Positions 1 to 14,049 of a DNA stretch of 64,000 bases are shown here, piece by piece. Location of the stretch: the NCBI RefSeq assembly GCF_009914755.1, contig NC_060929.1. The stretch is one strand, 5' to 3'. Each line of letters opens with the position of its first letter. Within the stretch, counting starts at the first letter, position 1. Source of the stretch: the human T2T-CHM13v2.0 reference genome, Homo sapiens. The notes under the pieces were generated by a model. That model was given only the letters and a program-made list of their open reading frames with translations, did no database searches and was not told where the DNA came from. A program made the translations under genes and the position numbers.

Positions 1-235
1 CTGGGGCTCGAGGACATAATTGCCCCACAGTCTCTTATGTCACCAAAGGGAGACAACTTACAGACACAACTTGCAGTTGTTCCTCAGTATCTGCAGGGGA
101 GTGGTTCCAGGACCCCCAGAGATACCAAAATCTGCAGATGCTCAAGTCCCTGACATAAAATGGGGTAGTATTTTCATATAACCTTCATCCACCTATGTAC
201 TTTAAACCATCTCTAAATTGCTTATAATACCCAAT

Positions 236-607
236 TTTATGGTAGATGCACCTGACAGCAATAACTTGACTTGAGCATATCCTGAGAATGACTGTGTATG
301 GCAGATGCACCTGAGCATGTGTTCAGCATTCTGAGCTAAGGATTCCGGGAGTGAACAACCCAGAGATCAATTCCTTATCTATGAGGAGCATCTGAGCCCC
401 TGACCCGACCCATAGTATTATATATAAGCTGCATGTGTTCTGTAAGTGGTTGTGGTTCTCCTGCCCAGCCCGCCACCACTGGACTCTCTCCCTGTGTATA
501 AGCCCCCCTATAAAAACCCATGACTCATTTGCTGCCTCTGAGTCTCTTCTTCAGACTCTTGAACCTAGTGCTATCCCCACTGCAGTCAATAAAGGTTCAG
601 CACAACA
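236..607 (+). mobile_element. Solo ERVL LTR, LTR47-like
   Basis: atggcagatgcacctga motif twice, AATAAA near 3' end, ends in CA; perfect 5-bp TSD CCAAT (231-235 / 608-612). Confidence 0.75.
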
Positions 608-656
608 CCAATACGATGTAAATGCTATGTAAATAGTTGTTATACTGTATTGTTTT

Positions 657-1116
657 TGTTAGGTTCAAGTTCAGTTCCAGCCCATGTTGAGGTCTGAAGG
701 GAGTGGGTGGATGAGTGGCAAACAGTTCAAAGAGCACTGGGTTGGGGGCGTAGGTAGGTGAAATATGGCTTTATTCAGCAGCTTTCTCATCAGCAGCTCT
801 CTTACACTGTCCACTCTGTATCAGCTGCTTGAGCTGGCTGCTCCCACACACAGCTGCGCAGCCGGCTCTCCCTTACCTTCAGGGTCAGCAGCTTAACTCT
901 CTCTGGGCACAAGTGCACCTGTACAGTGTCAGCAGCGCAATTATACCTTTTACAGACAATAATGGCTTAGAGCCAAGTGATGGTCTTCCAACATTATGGC
1001 TACATAGCTGTGATAACAAGTGGAGTTAGACGCCTGTGTTCTAAACTCGCTGAGTTATGCAGGATATTTACCTCAGCCCATGCCCACTTGGCCGCAGGGC
1101 AGCCATGTTCCTTACA
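657..1116 (-). mobile_element. Solo ERVL LTR, LTR18 family
   Basis: Reverse strand starts TGTAAGGAACATGGCTG...; TG..CA termini; TSD GTTTT/GCTTT. Confidence 0.8.
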
Positions 1117-2648
1117 GCTTTTAATTTGTATTTTGTATTGTTGTATTATTTAACATCTTCAATCCATGATTGGTTGAATTTGTGGATGCAGAATCTGCAG
1201 ATACAGAGGACCAACTATACAAGAAAGTCAAATAAGCATAGAGTATGAAAAGGGACCTCTCTCCCCTTTTTATTCTCCTTTTGGGCTTAGATTCTGTTTT
1301 TTTCTTAAGGGACCTTCAGCACTGTTTTGTTTAAGCTGCCGAAAGCCCTGTGGTCCTGTGTTGTAATTAGTTTTAGCCATCAGCAGAAAGCACCTTTGTT
1401 TCATATCTCCAAAGTCAAAACCAATCAATACACCCTACACTTTATTCCTCCCCTGGTCAATCAGAAGGTCAACTGGAAAGAAACTCTCCACCCTGGGGAT
1501 GATGGACCCTAGGACCACAAAGAAAGCAAAACGCATGCTGCCTTCTTCCACTTTCCCCTGAGAAGCTGTCAGAGGTGAACGAAAGGGCACTGCCGAGGAT
1601 GGTAATAATGAATGTTACAAGTGAACCTCAAAAAGCGGGTGCTAGGACCCAGATGAAGCTCCAACACATGTTTCCGCATTGGTGGCTTTTCACAGCCTGG
1701 GGCCTCACTATTAAAAATGAATATATTAATTGGATCACAGCCAGCCCTTTTAACTAAAAGTTTCCGATTTGCAATTTAATAAACTGCTGCCACAGTGACT
1801 AGTTAATGAAAACTAGAGCATTAAGACCCCCCTCAAACACCTCCTTGCCAGCCTTATAGAGCTGGTTATCAACAGCACCCATTTTAAACACCGAGCCTCA
1901 TTTCAGAAAGCCTCAAGATCACGTATGGTTTGCCATGCAAGAATTACTACTACAAAATGATTTTAAGTCTGCTTATAAGGTACAACGCTGCTTAAATCCA
2001 AAATGGAACACTGTTTTTAGATTACTCCTTCTGGAGAACAGTCACATCCCCCAGGTATTTACCATCAAATAAAATGATGGCCAAGCACACGGTGACCTGA
2101 GAGCAGAGACAGTCATTGGGTGGCTGTCAGGGAGCTTGGGAAGAAACTACTTCTGCCATTTTTGTGCAATCCCAAGGAAAGGAAAAGAATGTTCGGTAAG
2201 AGAAGCAGAAGGAGGTCGTGCCTTGGCATTAACTTCAGTGAATCAAGCATAGGCTGTAGTCTCAGTTCAGTTGCCACTCACCTCTAGGCTGGAGGAGAAA
2301 ACATCAAGGTCCAAAATTAATGGAAGCCAGAGGCCTTCCCAAGCAAGTCCTAAAGTTGTGAAGCTGATTGGTGGAAGACGAGTGCCCGTGGGGCCACTGT
2401 CCCATAGTACCTGGGTGGCACTGGATTCATCCTCAACTTCACCCCAGAGATGGGGCTAGACAAGCAAGGCAGATACAGCTCCACAAAGAGTGAGCTCAGA
2501 ACTCAACTGGATTTAGGTCTACAGACTCAGCCCGCAGGAATCTGTGCAACACTTTTCAGGTGACTGATTAAGGTAAGGCTGATTCCACTTAACAGTACTG
2601 ATGAGTATTGCCTTCCACTGTGTCAAAATACCCTCCACCTGACTTTCA

Positions 2649-2694
2649 AGGCTCTGCGTGATCTGGCCTAGGCTCTGCGTGATCTGGCCTAGGC
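2649..2694. repeat. 21-bp perfect tandem duplication inside an L2 remnant
   Basis: aggctctgcgtgatctggcct x2 plus aggc. Confidence 0.9.
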
Positions 2695-3598
2695 CTACCT
2701 GGCCAGCTTTATTTCTCATAAGCACCGATCTTCCCACTGTCCTGCAGATTTCCTGTCTTTTTCCTGCTCTCCTTTTCCAGAGGCCCATCCCTCATGGTCC
2801 ATGAGATAAAACCATCACATATTCTCTGAGCCTGAGATTCTGAGTTGTCAGACCCCAGGGCGCCACAGGAATGCCAGCCTGAGGCCTGGGGAAGCTGCAT
2901 TTTTACAAGGCCGTCATCAGGAGACATAGCTCGAGGTCCAGATCCAGACCCCTCCTCTACGTAGCTCCCTCATTATCCACCCAGGGTTTCCCAAGCTGCA
3001 GGATGTGGCCCCCTAGTGACATCAACTGGGGGACTTGAGAGGGAGGTGAGCATCTCTAATGAATTGCAATCGGATTGGAAGTGTCAGGAATTCGTGCAGA
3101 ATCCCTCAGAAATATATTTTCCTCAGAGTGATCTCCCTGTTGGTGCACAGTCACCTACTCACAAGATAACGGTGTGACAGGTAGGCCCCAAGGTGGGTTG
3201 TTGCTACAAGAAATTGGAAAATGATGATCTCAACCCATAGGCTCCACCTGTTTTTAGTCTCACACTCCATGTTTAAAATGTTTGAAAATAAACTCTCAAT
3301 ATATGTTATCAACTATAGTATACCAATTATATGTATTAACTATATATATGTGTACTACTCTATAAGATGTACCTTATAAACATGCCCAAAAGTAGAAATT
3401 AAAGGTTACATAGAAAAATAAATAGAACATAACTTCCAATGTTTGCTATGTCCATGCCAGAACCTGCCCTTTGGAGATGATGACTCTGGCCCTCACCACT
3501 CCCTCACTTCTCTGAGTTCCTCCTTTTCTCCACCATCACAAAATTCAGCATTTAGAATATATGATCCCTGCCCACAAGTTTCTCAAAATCTGGTAAAG

Positions 3599-3893
3599 TG
3601 TCAGGTGCAGTGGCTCACACCTGTAATCCTAGTACTTTAAGAGGCTGAGGCGGCCAGATTGCTTGAGCCCAGGAATTCAGGACCAGCCTGGGAAACATGA
3701 TGGAACCCCATCTCTACAAAAAGTACAAAAATTAACCAGGCATGGTGGTATGCACCTGTGGTCCCAGCTACTCGGGAGGCTGAGGTGTGAGGATCACTTG
3801 AGCCCAGGAGGTTTCAACTGAGACCGAGATCACGCCACTGCACTCCAGCCTGGGTGACAGTGTGAGACCCTGTCTCAAAAAAAAAAAAAAAAA
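3599..3893 (+). mobile_element. Alu (AluJ-like)
   Basis: Dimeric Alu with poly(A); TSD aaaatctggtaaag / aaaatctggtgagg. Confidence 0.95.
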
Positions 3894-4451
3894 AAAATCT
3901 GGTGAGGAAACTGATATACAAATATGTCAATATAATACAAGACAGAAAGTGCCAGGATGCAAATGTGAACAAAATGTTGTGGCATTACAGAAGAGGCAGC
4001 TCTCGGTCTTCCCGAGAGACGCAAGGAAGACTTCATCGAGATGGTGATGAGTGAGCTGGATCTTGAAGGCTGGATGGGTGGTGCCAGGCTGCAGAGGAGG
4101 TGGGCTCTCCAGAGAAAGAGAGCCCGTCGTGTTCAGCTGTTCCTGCCCTTCAGAATCACGTGGGCACTTAAAAAAAAATACTCTGAACTCCTCCTCTCAG
4201 AATCTGACTCAGGAGGTCTGCACAGGGAGGGCCCAGCATTTGCATAACACTCCCATCCCCTTCCTTCCTCACCCCTGCAGCAAGACAGCAAGAAGTCATG
4301 GAGGGGCTTCCAGTGGGGCTGCAACAGTAGCTAAAACTTGATTTAAAACTCAAAGCTTCTCAGTGTGTGGGAGTAGCATAAACATAGAAGCAAGCAGGTC
4401 ACTAATGCAGAGCAATTTTTTCTTAAATTGATACAGTTCAGCCTCGAACCA

Positions 4452-4754
4452 TATATTAGTCAGCTCAGAATACTATAAAAAAATACAACTCAGTGGCCTA
4501 AAGAATAGACATTTATTTTTCACAGCTCTAGAAGCAGGGAAGTTCAGAATCAAGGTTTAGTTCCTGGTGAGGGCTCTCTTCCTGGCTTACAGGTAGCCAC
4601 CTTCTTACTGTGACCTCACATGGCAGAGAGAGAGTGCTCATGACTTCATCTAAACCTAATTACCTCTCAAAGGTCTCCATCACATTGGGAGTTGGAGTTT
4701 TAAAGTATAAATTTACAGGGCTGGAGAGAAGGCACAAACATTCAGTCCATAACA
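4452..4754 (-). mobile_element. MaLR LTR, MLT1A-like
   Basis: Reverse strand starts tgttatggactgaatgtttgtg; typical atttatttttcacagctctagaagc. Confidence 0.75.
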
Positions 4755-4789
4755 CGCCACTTACACTGAAGTGGCAAAAGGCTTAATAC

Positions 4790-5349
4790 CCCCAAATGCT
4801 GGTTGCCTGTACATCCTTTGTAGAAAACGTTGTTAATCATTTCTCCAGCTACCAGCCATTCCTCTTCATTCCTTTTTTTGGTAAACTTCTCATACTTTCT
4901 GGAGTTCTCACCTTGGCTCCAAAAGTAATGACTGTAGCTCCTAAGTGATTAATTTAGGGATAGAAATCCCCTCAGGAAATCCAAACCAAGGAGAGACAGA
5001 GACTCTGGAGACTTTGGCTGGGACTGCTAATGGAGAGACTAGGATCTTGTGTTATATTGACATATTTCCCTTCCCATTCCTACCTGAATGATGAGCTGGA
5101 TAATGGTAGACAACCTATGGCAGTCATCTTGCTGTTATGGGGTGGGGAAGGGGCATTTCTGAGAAATAATTCATATAGGAAGTAGAGCTAATAACTGAAA
5201 AAGAAACAACCAGGGCATGGTAACAATGCCAGAGTCCTGGAGTCTGGTTCACCTTTTCCATTATGTAAATGAAAATTTTTCTACTTTTCTTTAGGCCAGT
5301 TGGAGTGGCATTTTCTATTACTTACAAATGCAAGGGTACTAATGATACA
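4790..5349 (+). mobile_element. Old MaLR LTR remnant (MLT1J/K/L-like)
   Basis: 3' end tttaggccagttggagtggcattttctattacttacaa...ctaatgataca; 5' boundary approximate. Confidence 0.45.
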
Positions 5350-5375
5350 TCTTCCATGCCCCAGACATACTATGA

Positions 5376-5736
<361 letters not shown>

Positions 5737-6454
5737 AGAAATTGGTAATTTTTACTGATTAGGTGAACAAACAATTCTTTTCCAAAGCAGAAACATTCAA
5801 GTTACAATGGAAAATTTTATCTTTCCAAAGAACAATTTTAGACACAATTATCATTGTTTACATGATCATATGTTTAAATAAAGTCACTTTCTTTAGCATT
5901 TAGAAAAGAAACCATAAAATGTAAATGGCCAAAACGTATTTGATCTATATACACAGTATACGTAATAAACTGCAGTTACAAGAGGTTCCTCTGATCTTCA
6001 CTAATCCGATTCTATAATTTTCTAAGATTCCCTTCCAAAACCCAAATGTAAAATTAAGATTAAGGGGTCATTACAATTAAGTTCAGTTAAACATGCATCC
6101 ATTCAACAGTATGTCAACCAATAGGGACAATGTGCTTTTAAGTACCAAACCCCATACCAAGCATTAGATTCATGGACCAGATATAGATGTCTTATAAACT
6201 ATGATGAAACTAGACTTGATAAGCAAAGGAGAAGAACGAATTATACCACATTGTTCCAGGCATTTTGTAGAAAGGAATTCCATCCTATCTGCAAAATTAG
6301 CCTTCAAGCCCTCTAAAATCCCTTCCAACCTAAATTTTAATTACTATTTTCAATGTTTCTACTTCCTATTTTGTAAGTTCTATAAAACTGGGAAAAAATA
6401 TAATAAAAAAGATTAAAAGATAGTAATTCCTGGGTTGTCTAGGGGCAAACATAC

Positions 6455-7000
6455 TGTATTAGGATTCTTTGGTTGTAATTGACAGAAATTCAATTAGAAT
6501 AGTTTGGGCAAAAGAAGGAAAGCCCATTGGCTCACATTAAACACACTGTCCTTGCTAAAGGTGGGGAGAAACTAGAGACTCAAATGTTTTGGGAACTCTG
6601 TTTCCACCTTGTTCTCAGCAAGTACACTCTATTATTTCAGAGTAGCCAAGTCCTGAGGTCAGACGCAGAGCTGCCAGCTTCCCTAAACTTAATTTGTCAC
6701 AGTTTTTTGACCAGAAGAAGAAAGACTCCATTTCCAGTCTACATCTCCCAGGAAGAACTCTGATTGGCCAGTTTAGGTTCAATGGAGGGCGACCAAACAT
6801 CCCACTTTGCCTGAGACTGAGGAGGTTCCTGAGACATGGGACTTTCAATTTTGGAACTGGAAAAGTCCACGCAAATCAGAACAAGTTTAACCCTAGTTAA
6901 AAGCCACCTTCTAACCAATTACCGTGGCTAGCCGTTGCCAGGGAGTTGGAATTTACAGGGCCCATTCAGACCTCACAGTGGGATGAGGAAAAAGAACGAC
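6455..7000 (-). mobile_element. Old MaLR LTR remnant (MLT1J-like) interrupted by MER81
   Basis: tgtattaggattctttggttgtaattgacagaaa... terminus; right boundary approximate. Confidence 0.45.
6785..6895. mobile_element. MER81 (hAT MITE)
   Basis: Degenerate TIRs gagggcgacc / aacccta; degenerate 8-bp TSD gttcaatg / gttaaaag. Confidence 0.7.
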
Positions 7001-8161
7001 TTCCATCATAAAGGAATGGGTTAGACATGATCACTAAAATGTGATTACTCTCAGTCAGGCAGCTGCTCCAATTTGTTTCTATCATATATATCTAAAAATT
7101 TGGCAAGTGATTCCTGAAACCATTCCAATCAAATAAACTTGTCATGGAATTTTAATTTCTTAAACTCACCGCAATGAATCATTTCCATTACTGCTTCAAT
7201 GTAATAAACACTACCCTAATGAACCAAAAGAGTTAATACACAGCTTAAATCACCTCCATATCTAAGAAGCCCAACTCATTTCTTAGAAACTATACCACTA
7301 AGTACTACATTAATCATTTGTCATGTCTTCAAAACTACTATACTCTGTCAAAACACATCTTATAGTTTGATGTTAACAGTCTGAAGCATTTGTAACAATA
7401 TAACACATGCATACTGTCAAATTGCATATTTCACCTTCTGGCAATTTTCTTCTCTTGAGAACTTAGTTTCTCCTCCATGTGCTTTAGAATTGCTTGAATT
7501 CTTTAGCTCATTCTTTCAGGAAATAGAATTAATATTTAAAGGCAGTAACAGTGTAATTTCAAGAATGTCTTAGTAATAAGCAGAGTTCTCATAACATAAA
7601 TTACCCTATCCTTTCAATAGTCTTATTCCCTTTTCCAAGTCACACAATCAAGATAAGCTGGGAAAGGGGAATTTCAATTATATTAAATCTCCCAGGAACA
7701 CTTAGGTTTGCTGAACCAGAATGCAAAGTCAACAAATACAGAGACACATGGACATATCTCAGTTGCAGTAGGTTTCCTGTGCTTTTAAGAAAATAGATTC
7801 AGTACCAAGTGAGCAAAGTAGTATAGTGTAAGAAAATATCCTGGATCATGAAGGCACAAAAAGTCATAACTGCCTACAGCTCTCCCACTCTCAGAATTTC
7901 TGCTGACCACTTTTGTTCCAGTTGTACAAACTGTTAGTCACTCTGGGGACCACTTATTGTCTCCAGGAACACACTGATGTCTCTAGCATGAAGGATCTTT
8001 TTCTCCTTTGATTCAACAGATTCAAGTTTCATATTTATCCAAAGAACATTTACTAGAAAAATAAAGGCAAATAAGCAGTAGAATATACAAAAGGACAGAT
8101 ATGGATATATTTACAGAGTAAAGGTACTTTGTTCTGAGGTTGCTGAAATAAGACAGGTCTT

Positions 8162-8448
8162 GGCTGGGCATGGTTGCTCATGCCATTAATCCCAGCACTT
8201 TGGAAAACTGAGGCAGAAGGATCACTTGAGGCCAGGAATTTGAGATCAGCCTGAGCAACATAGAGAGACTCCATCTCTACACAAAATTTTTTTTAAAAAT
8301 TAGCCAGGCATGGTGGTGCACACCTATAGTTCCAGCTACCTGTAGGCTGAGGTAGGAGATTGCTTGAGCCCAGGAGTTCAAGGCTGCAGTAAGCCATGAT
8401 CATGCCACTTCACTCCAGCTTGGGTGACAGAGTGAAACCCTGTCTCTT
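8162..8448 (+). mobile_element. Alu (AluJ-like)
   Basis: Dimeric Alu with AluJ-type gcccaggagttcaaggctgcag. Confidence 0.95.
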
Positions 8449-8560
8449 TAAACAAAAAGAAAGAAAGAAGAAAGAAAAGAAAAAAGAAAGAAAAGAAAAG
8501 AAAGAAGGAAAGAACAGAAAAGAAAGGAGAGAAAAGAAAAAAGGAAAAGAAAAGAAAAGG
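8449..8560. repeat. Purine-rich (GAAA/GAAAA)n low-complexity Alu tail
   Basis: About 110 nt almost entirely A/G. Confidence 0.9.
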
Positions 8561-8974
8561 TTATCTCCTTCTGGGAAAAATCAGGACCCCCTTTTCCTCA
8601 GCTCTAGAGGACTTAGATGACACACTACTCACAACCCTAGTAGGAGACACAAGGCTCACATATTCCCTAACCCCCATTTCATCTCACACCCAACCTTTTC
8701 ACAAAAATCAAACAAGACTAGGTATACTAGAAGCTGGAAGAGAGAATGGGGGAAGTACATCATTGAGAATGGACAGAAAGACCTAAAAAGAAACAGAAAG
8801 TCCTAGAAAAGAAGGAAAGAGGAGATAACAGGTTATGCATCAGCATTAAGAAAAAAAGTAGCACCAGCCTCAAGTCTAGAGAGCAATCAAGACATCCTGA
8901 TGAGCACAGTGAGCCTGGGGGATGGAAGGAGCCCCCACATTTGGGCATAGGCAGAGTCCCCACTGAGTCTGAGG

Positions 8975-10306
8975 AGGGTCAGTGGTCCTACCATTCTAGG
9001 GTCTGGAGGATGGTGACCCTCTTCTCACAGCTCCAATAGGCAGTGTCCCAGTGGGGACTCTGTGTGGGGGCTCCAACCCCACATTTCCCCCCTGCATTGC
9101 CCTAATAGAGGTTCTCTGTGAGGGCTCCACCTCTGCAGCAGGCTTCTGTCTGGACATCCCGACTTTTCCATACATCCTCTGAAATTTAGGTGGAGGCTCC
9201 CAAGCCTCAGCTCTTGCACTCTGTAAACCCACAGGCTTACCATCATATGGAAGCCACAAGCCACCAAGGCTTATGGCTTTCACCCTCTGAAGTAGCAGCC
9301 TGAGCTGTACCTGGGCCTCTTTTAGCCAGGACTGGAGCAGGAGTAGTTGGGAAGCAGGGAGTAGTGTCCCAAGGCTGCACAGGTCAGTGGGGGCCTGGGC
9401 CTGGCTCATGAAACCATTCTGTCCTCCTAGGACTTTGGGGTTGTGATGAAAGGGGGATGCTGCAAAGGTCTCTGAAATGCCTTGGAGGCCTTTTTCCCAT
9501 TGTCTTGGCTATCAGCACTTGGCTCCTTTTTACTTATGCAAAATTTTGCAACCTGCTTGAAACCTCCCCCAGAAAATGGGCTTTTCTTTCCTACCACATG
9601 GCCGGGCTGCAATTTTCCAAACTTTTATGCTCTTCTTCCCCTTTAAATATAAGTTCCATCTCCTGAGTTCAAGTGATTCTCCTGCCTCAGCCTCCTGAGT
9701 AGCTGGAACTACAGGCATGCACCACCACACCTGGCCAATTTTTTTCTGTATTTTTAGTAGAGATGGGGTTTCACCATGTTGGTCAGGCTGGTCTCAAACT
9801 CCAGACCTCAAATGATCTGCCCACCTCCGCCTCCCAGGTCATTTCTTTGCTCGTGCGCATGAGCATAGGTTATTAGAAGCAGCCAGGCCACATCTTGAAC
9901 ACTTTGCTGCTTAGAAATTTAATCCCCCAGATACCCTAAATCATCTTTCTCAAGTTCAAAGTTCCACAGATCCCTAGAGTAGGGGCACAATCCAACCAAG
10001 CTCTTTGCTAAAGCATAGCAAGAGTGACCTTTACTCTAGTTTCCAGTAAGTTCCTCATTTTCATCTGAGACCTCCTCAGCCTGGACTTCACTGTCTATAT
10101 CACTATCAGCATTTTGGTCACAATAATTTAACAATCTTCTAGGAAGTTCCAAATTTTCCCTCATCTTCCTGTCTTCTTCTGATCCCTCTACACTCTTCCA
10201 ACCTCTACCCATTCCCAGTTCCAAAGACACTTCCATATTTTCAAGTATCTGAAACTGCTGTACCATTTCAAGAGTAGCAATGCCCCACTCCTCAGTACCA
10301 ATTTTC
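8975..10306 (-). mobile_element. MST/THE1-type MaLR internal region, 3'-truncated
   Basis: ctaccattctagggtctggaggatgg...ggggactctgtgtgggggctccaacccc; abuts the LTR at 10307; no second LTR to the left. Confidence 0.85.
9655..9836 (-). mobile_element. Internal Alu fragment with no head, tail or TSD
   Basis: Runs from tccatctcctgagttcaag to ccgcctccca only. Confidence 0.9.
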
Positions 10307-10725
10307 TGTATTAGTTCATTCTCACATTACTATAAAGGAAGACCTGAGATTGGGTAGTTTATAGAGAAAATAGGCTTAATTGGCTCACAGTTCTGCAGGC
10401 TGTACAGGAAGCATAGTAGCTTCTGTTTCTGGGGAGGCCTCAGGAAACTTACAATCATGGCAGAAGATAAAGGGGAAGCAAGCACATCTTACATAGCCAG
10501 AGCAGGAGGAAGAAATGGAGGGGGAGGGGCTACACACTTTTAAACAACCAGAGCTCAGGAGAACTCACTCACCATCATGAGAACAGCACTGAGAAGATGG
10601 TGCTAAACCATTCATGAAGGATCCACCTCCATTAACCAATCACCTCTCACCAGGCCCCACTTCCAACACTGGAAATTACAATTCAACATGAGAATTGGGT
10701 GGGGACATAGACCCAAACCATATTA
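10307..10725 (-). mobile_element. MSTA-like MaLR 5' LTR
   Basis: tgtattagttcattctcac...ggctcacagttctgcaggctgtacaggaagcat...cccaaaccatatta. Confidence 0.85.
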
Positions 10726-11076
10726 CAAGCCTATGTGTGTGTGTATTTTTGAGAGAGATATATATATATATGATAATATGATATATGATCATATATATAT
10801 CATACACACACATATGCAATATGAAACAATACACTGTAATGTTTTAAAAGTGATCTTAGGGTATAAATAAGGTGGGGGGTTTTCTTATTCTTATTTATCT
10901 GTATATTCTAATTTTCCAGGATGTTTACTTGCTGCATTTGCAATAATGAAAATTATATTTTAAAGAAAAAATAAAATCCATTTAGTACTTTCATTTTGAG
11001 CAGTATAAAAGAATAGACCACTCCCATTGAAACAACTAAAAGTGCTAGATAAGACATAAAAACCCCTTTTAAACCT

Positions 11077-11424
11077 TGTAGTCTGTTTTCACATGGCTGT
11101 AAAGAACTGCCTGAGACTGGGTAATTTATAAAGAAAAGTGGTTTGATTCACAGCTCTGCATGGCTGGGGAGGCCTTAGGAAACTTATAATCGTGGCAGAA
11201 GGTGAAGGGGAAGTAAAGAATGTCTTACATGGCGGCAGGAGGGAGAGAGTGATGGGGGAAACTGCCAATCACTTTCAAACCATCAGATCTCATAAGCACT
11301 CACTCACTATCATAAGAATAGCATGGTGGAAACCACCCCCATGATCCAATCACTTCCCGCCAGGTCCCTCCCTCCCTACAATTTGAGATGAGATTTGGTG
11401 GAGACACAGAGCCAAACCGTATCA
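11077..11424 (-). mobile_element. THE1-type solo LTR (THE1C/D-like)
   Basis: cctgagactgggtaatttataaag...gagccaaaccgtatca; TSD AACCT/AACAT. Confidence 0.85.
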
Positions 11425-11429
11425 AACAT

Positions 11430-12770
<1,341 letters not shown>

Positions 12771-14049
12771 GTATAACCATAGAGTTCAGACTGCCATAAA
12801 TTTAGTTATAGTCTGGCAGGACAAGCTGGCCATAGAGAATCCTCTTTAGGGTTCTAATAGATGAGTATCAGTGAACGACCACCAATCATCCAGGACAAAA
12901 TTAATGTTTGAGTTTGTGCATAAAGGGTTGATTTGGACTTCACAGGATTATTTCTTCTTTGAAATGTGGGAAATCATTTGTTCCTACGCAATTCACAAGG
13001 CTATCTGGTTCAACCCATGCTTTCCCAAGTCAAAATGTTCTTTCCCACAGCCCAGCAAGATAAAGTACTCAGGACAGCTGGATTTTAAGAACACCTTTGT
13101 GAATTGGGTCTTTATTGGGATAATCAGAGAAAATGACTACATTTAGGTCTTCTTTCATATTTTATACTAGTACCAGAAAATACAAATTGGGTGCAGAAAA
13201 CCTGGGTGCATGAACATTGCATGTTTAAACCAAGCTAAAAAGAGAATTTGTAGCCAAACTACAATGGAACTTATTGATGATGGCTAGAGAACTGCTATGT
13301 GGTAATTTTATGTTTGACATGATATGTAGTTCTCTTTACTTTTATTTGGAAAATATTCTGGACCTTGGAAAAGATGAGTGTGAATTTAACTATGTGAGGT
13401 TAGAAGCACCTCTGGGAGCCCTGTGGTCAGCAGACTCTTCAGGTTGTAACTAGAACCATGAATCACCATTCTGGACACATTTAGGGTTTTTAGGTCTGTT
13501 TCTATTGATTTACACAACACTCTAGGAGAAATCACAGACTCAGAGATAACACCATTTACCTTGAACCGTTTCATCTCCAGGTGCAAACAGAACCCTGGGC
13601 AATTGTTAAAGGATGTTATTGTAGGATATTGAGAAAAAGGGTCATTGCATCAAACAAGAGGTGACAAGATGACAGAAAAGGAATGGAAGGGGATAGTGAG
13701 TTTCAAAGTGAGTTTGAGTGTAACTGTGTACATTTGGCTCTTGGCTAGAGCCAGACTACAAGTTACTCAGTGGATAACTAACACTGAAAGAATCTTTTTA
13801 TTGCTTGCCTTATCTGAGCTACTTAGTTCAGGAGCGGGAGCAACGGTGGGGCCGGCCTTAACACAGTGCTTCCCGAGCTGCTTCGCGCCATGGATTCAGA
13901 GAAGGATGATTCCTTTTCAGTGCACTGTGGGAGGCTGCCAGCCACCTGGACCAGCCTAAGCCTACTCTCTAGCCCAGGTCCTTCCCTGCACACACCCCAG
14001 GCTGGAAGAGATCAATATTGAGTCCAATATTGAGAAGCTGATGTTAGGA

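Larger units (their letters stand above)
74..1217 (+). mobile_element. MER2 (TcMar-Tigger MITE), split into three pieces (74-235, 608-656, 1117-1217) by two LTR insertions
   Basis: Starts cagttgttcctcagtatc...gttccaggacccc...gataccaaaatc...gatgctcaagtccctga; resumes with atgtaaatgctatgtaaatagttgttatactgtattg; ends ggttgaatttgtggatgcagaatc...gaggaccaacta followed by TA. Confidence 0.85.

Noticed and set aside
8996-9409. 137-aa ORF
   Set aside because: Decayed MaLR internal sequence, not a host gene
14012-14034. caatattgag repeated twice
   Set aside because: Trivial short duplication of a palindromic core with no further structure
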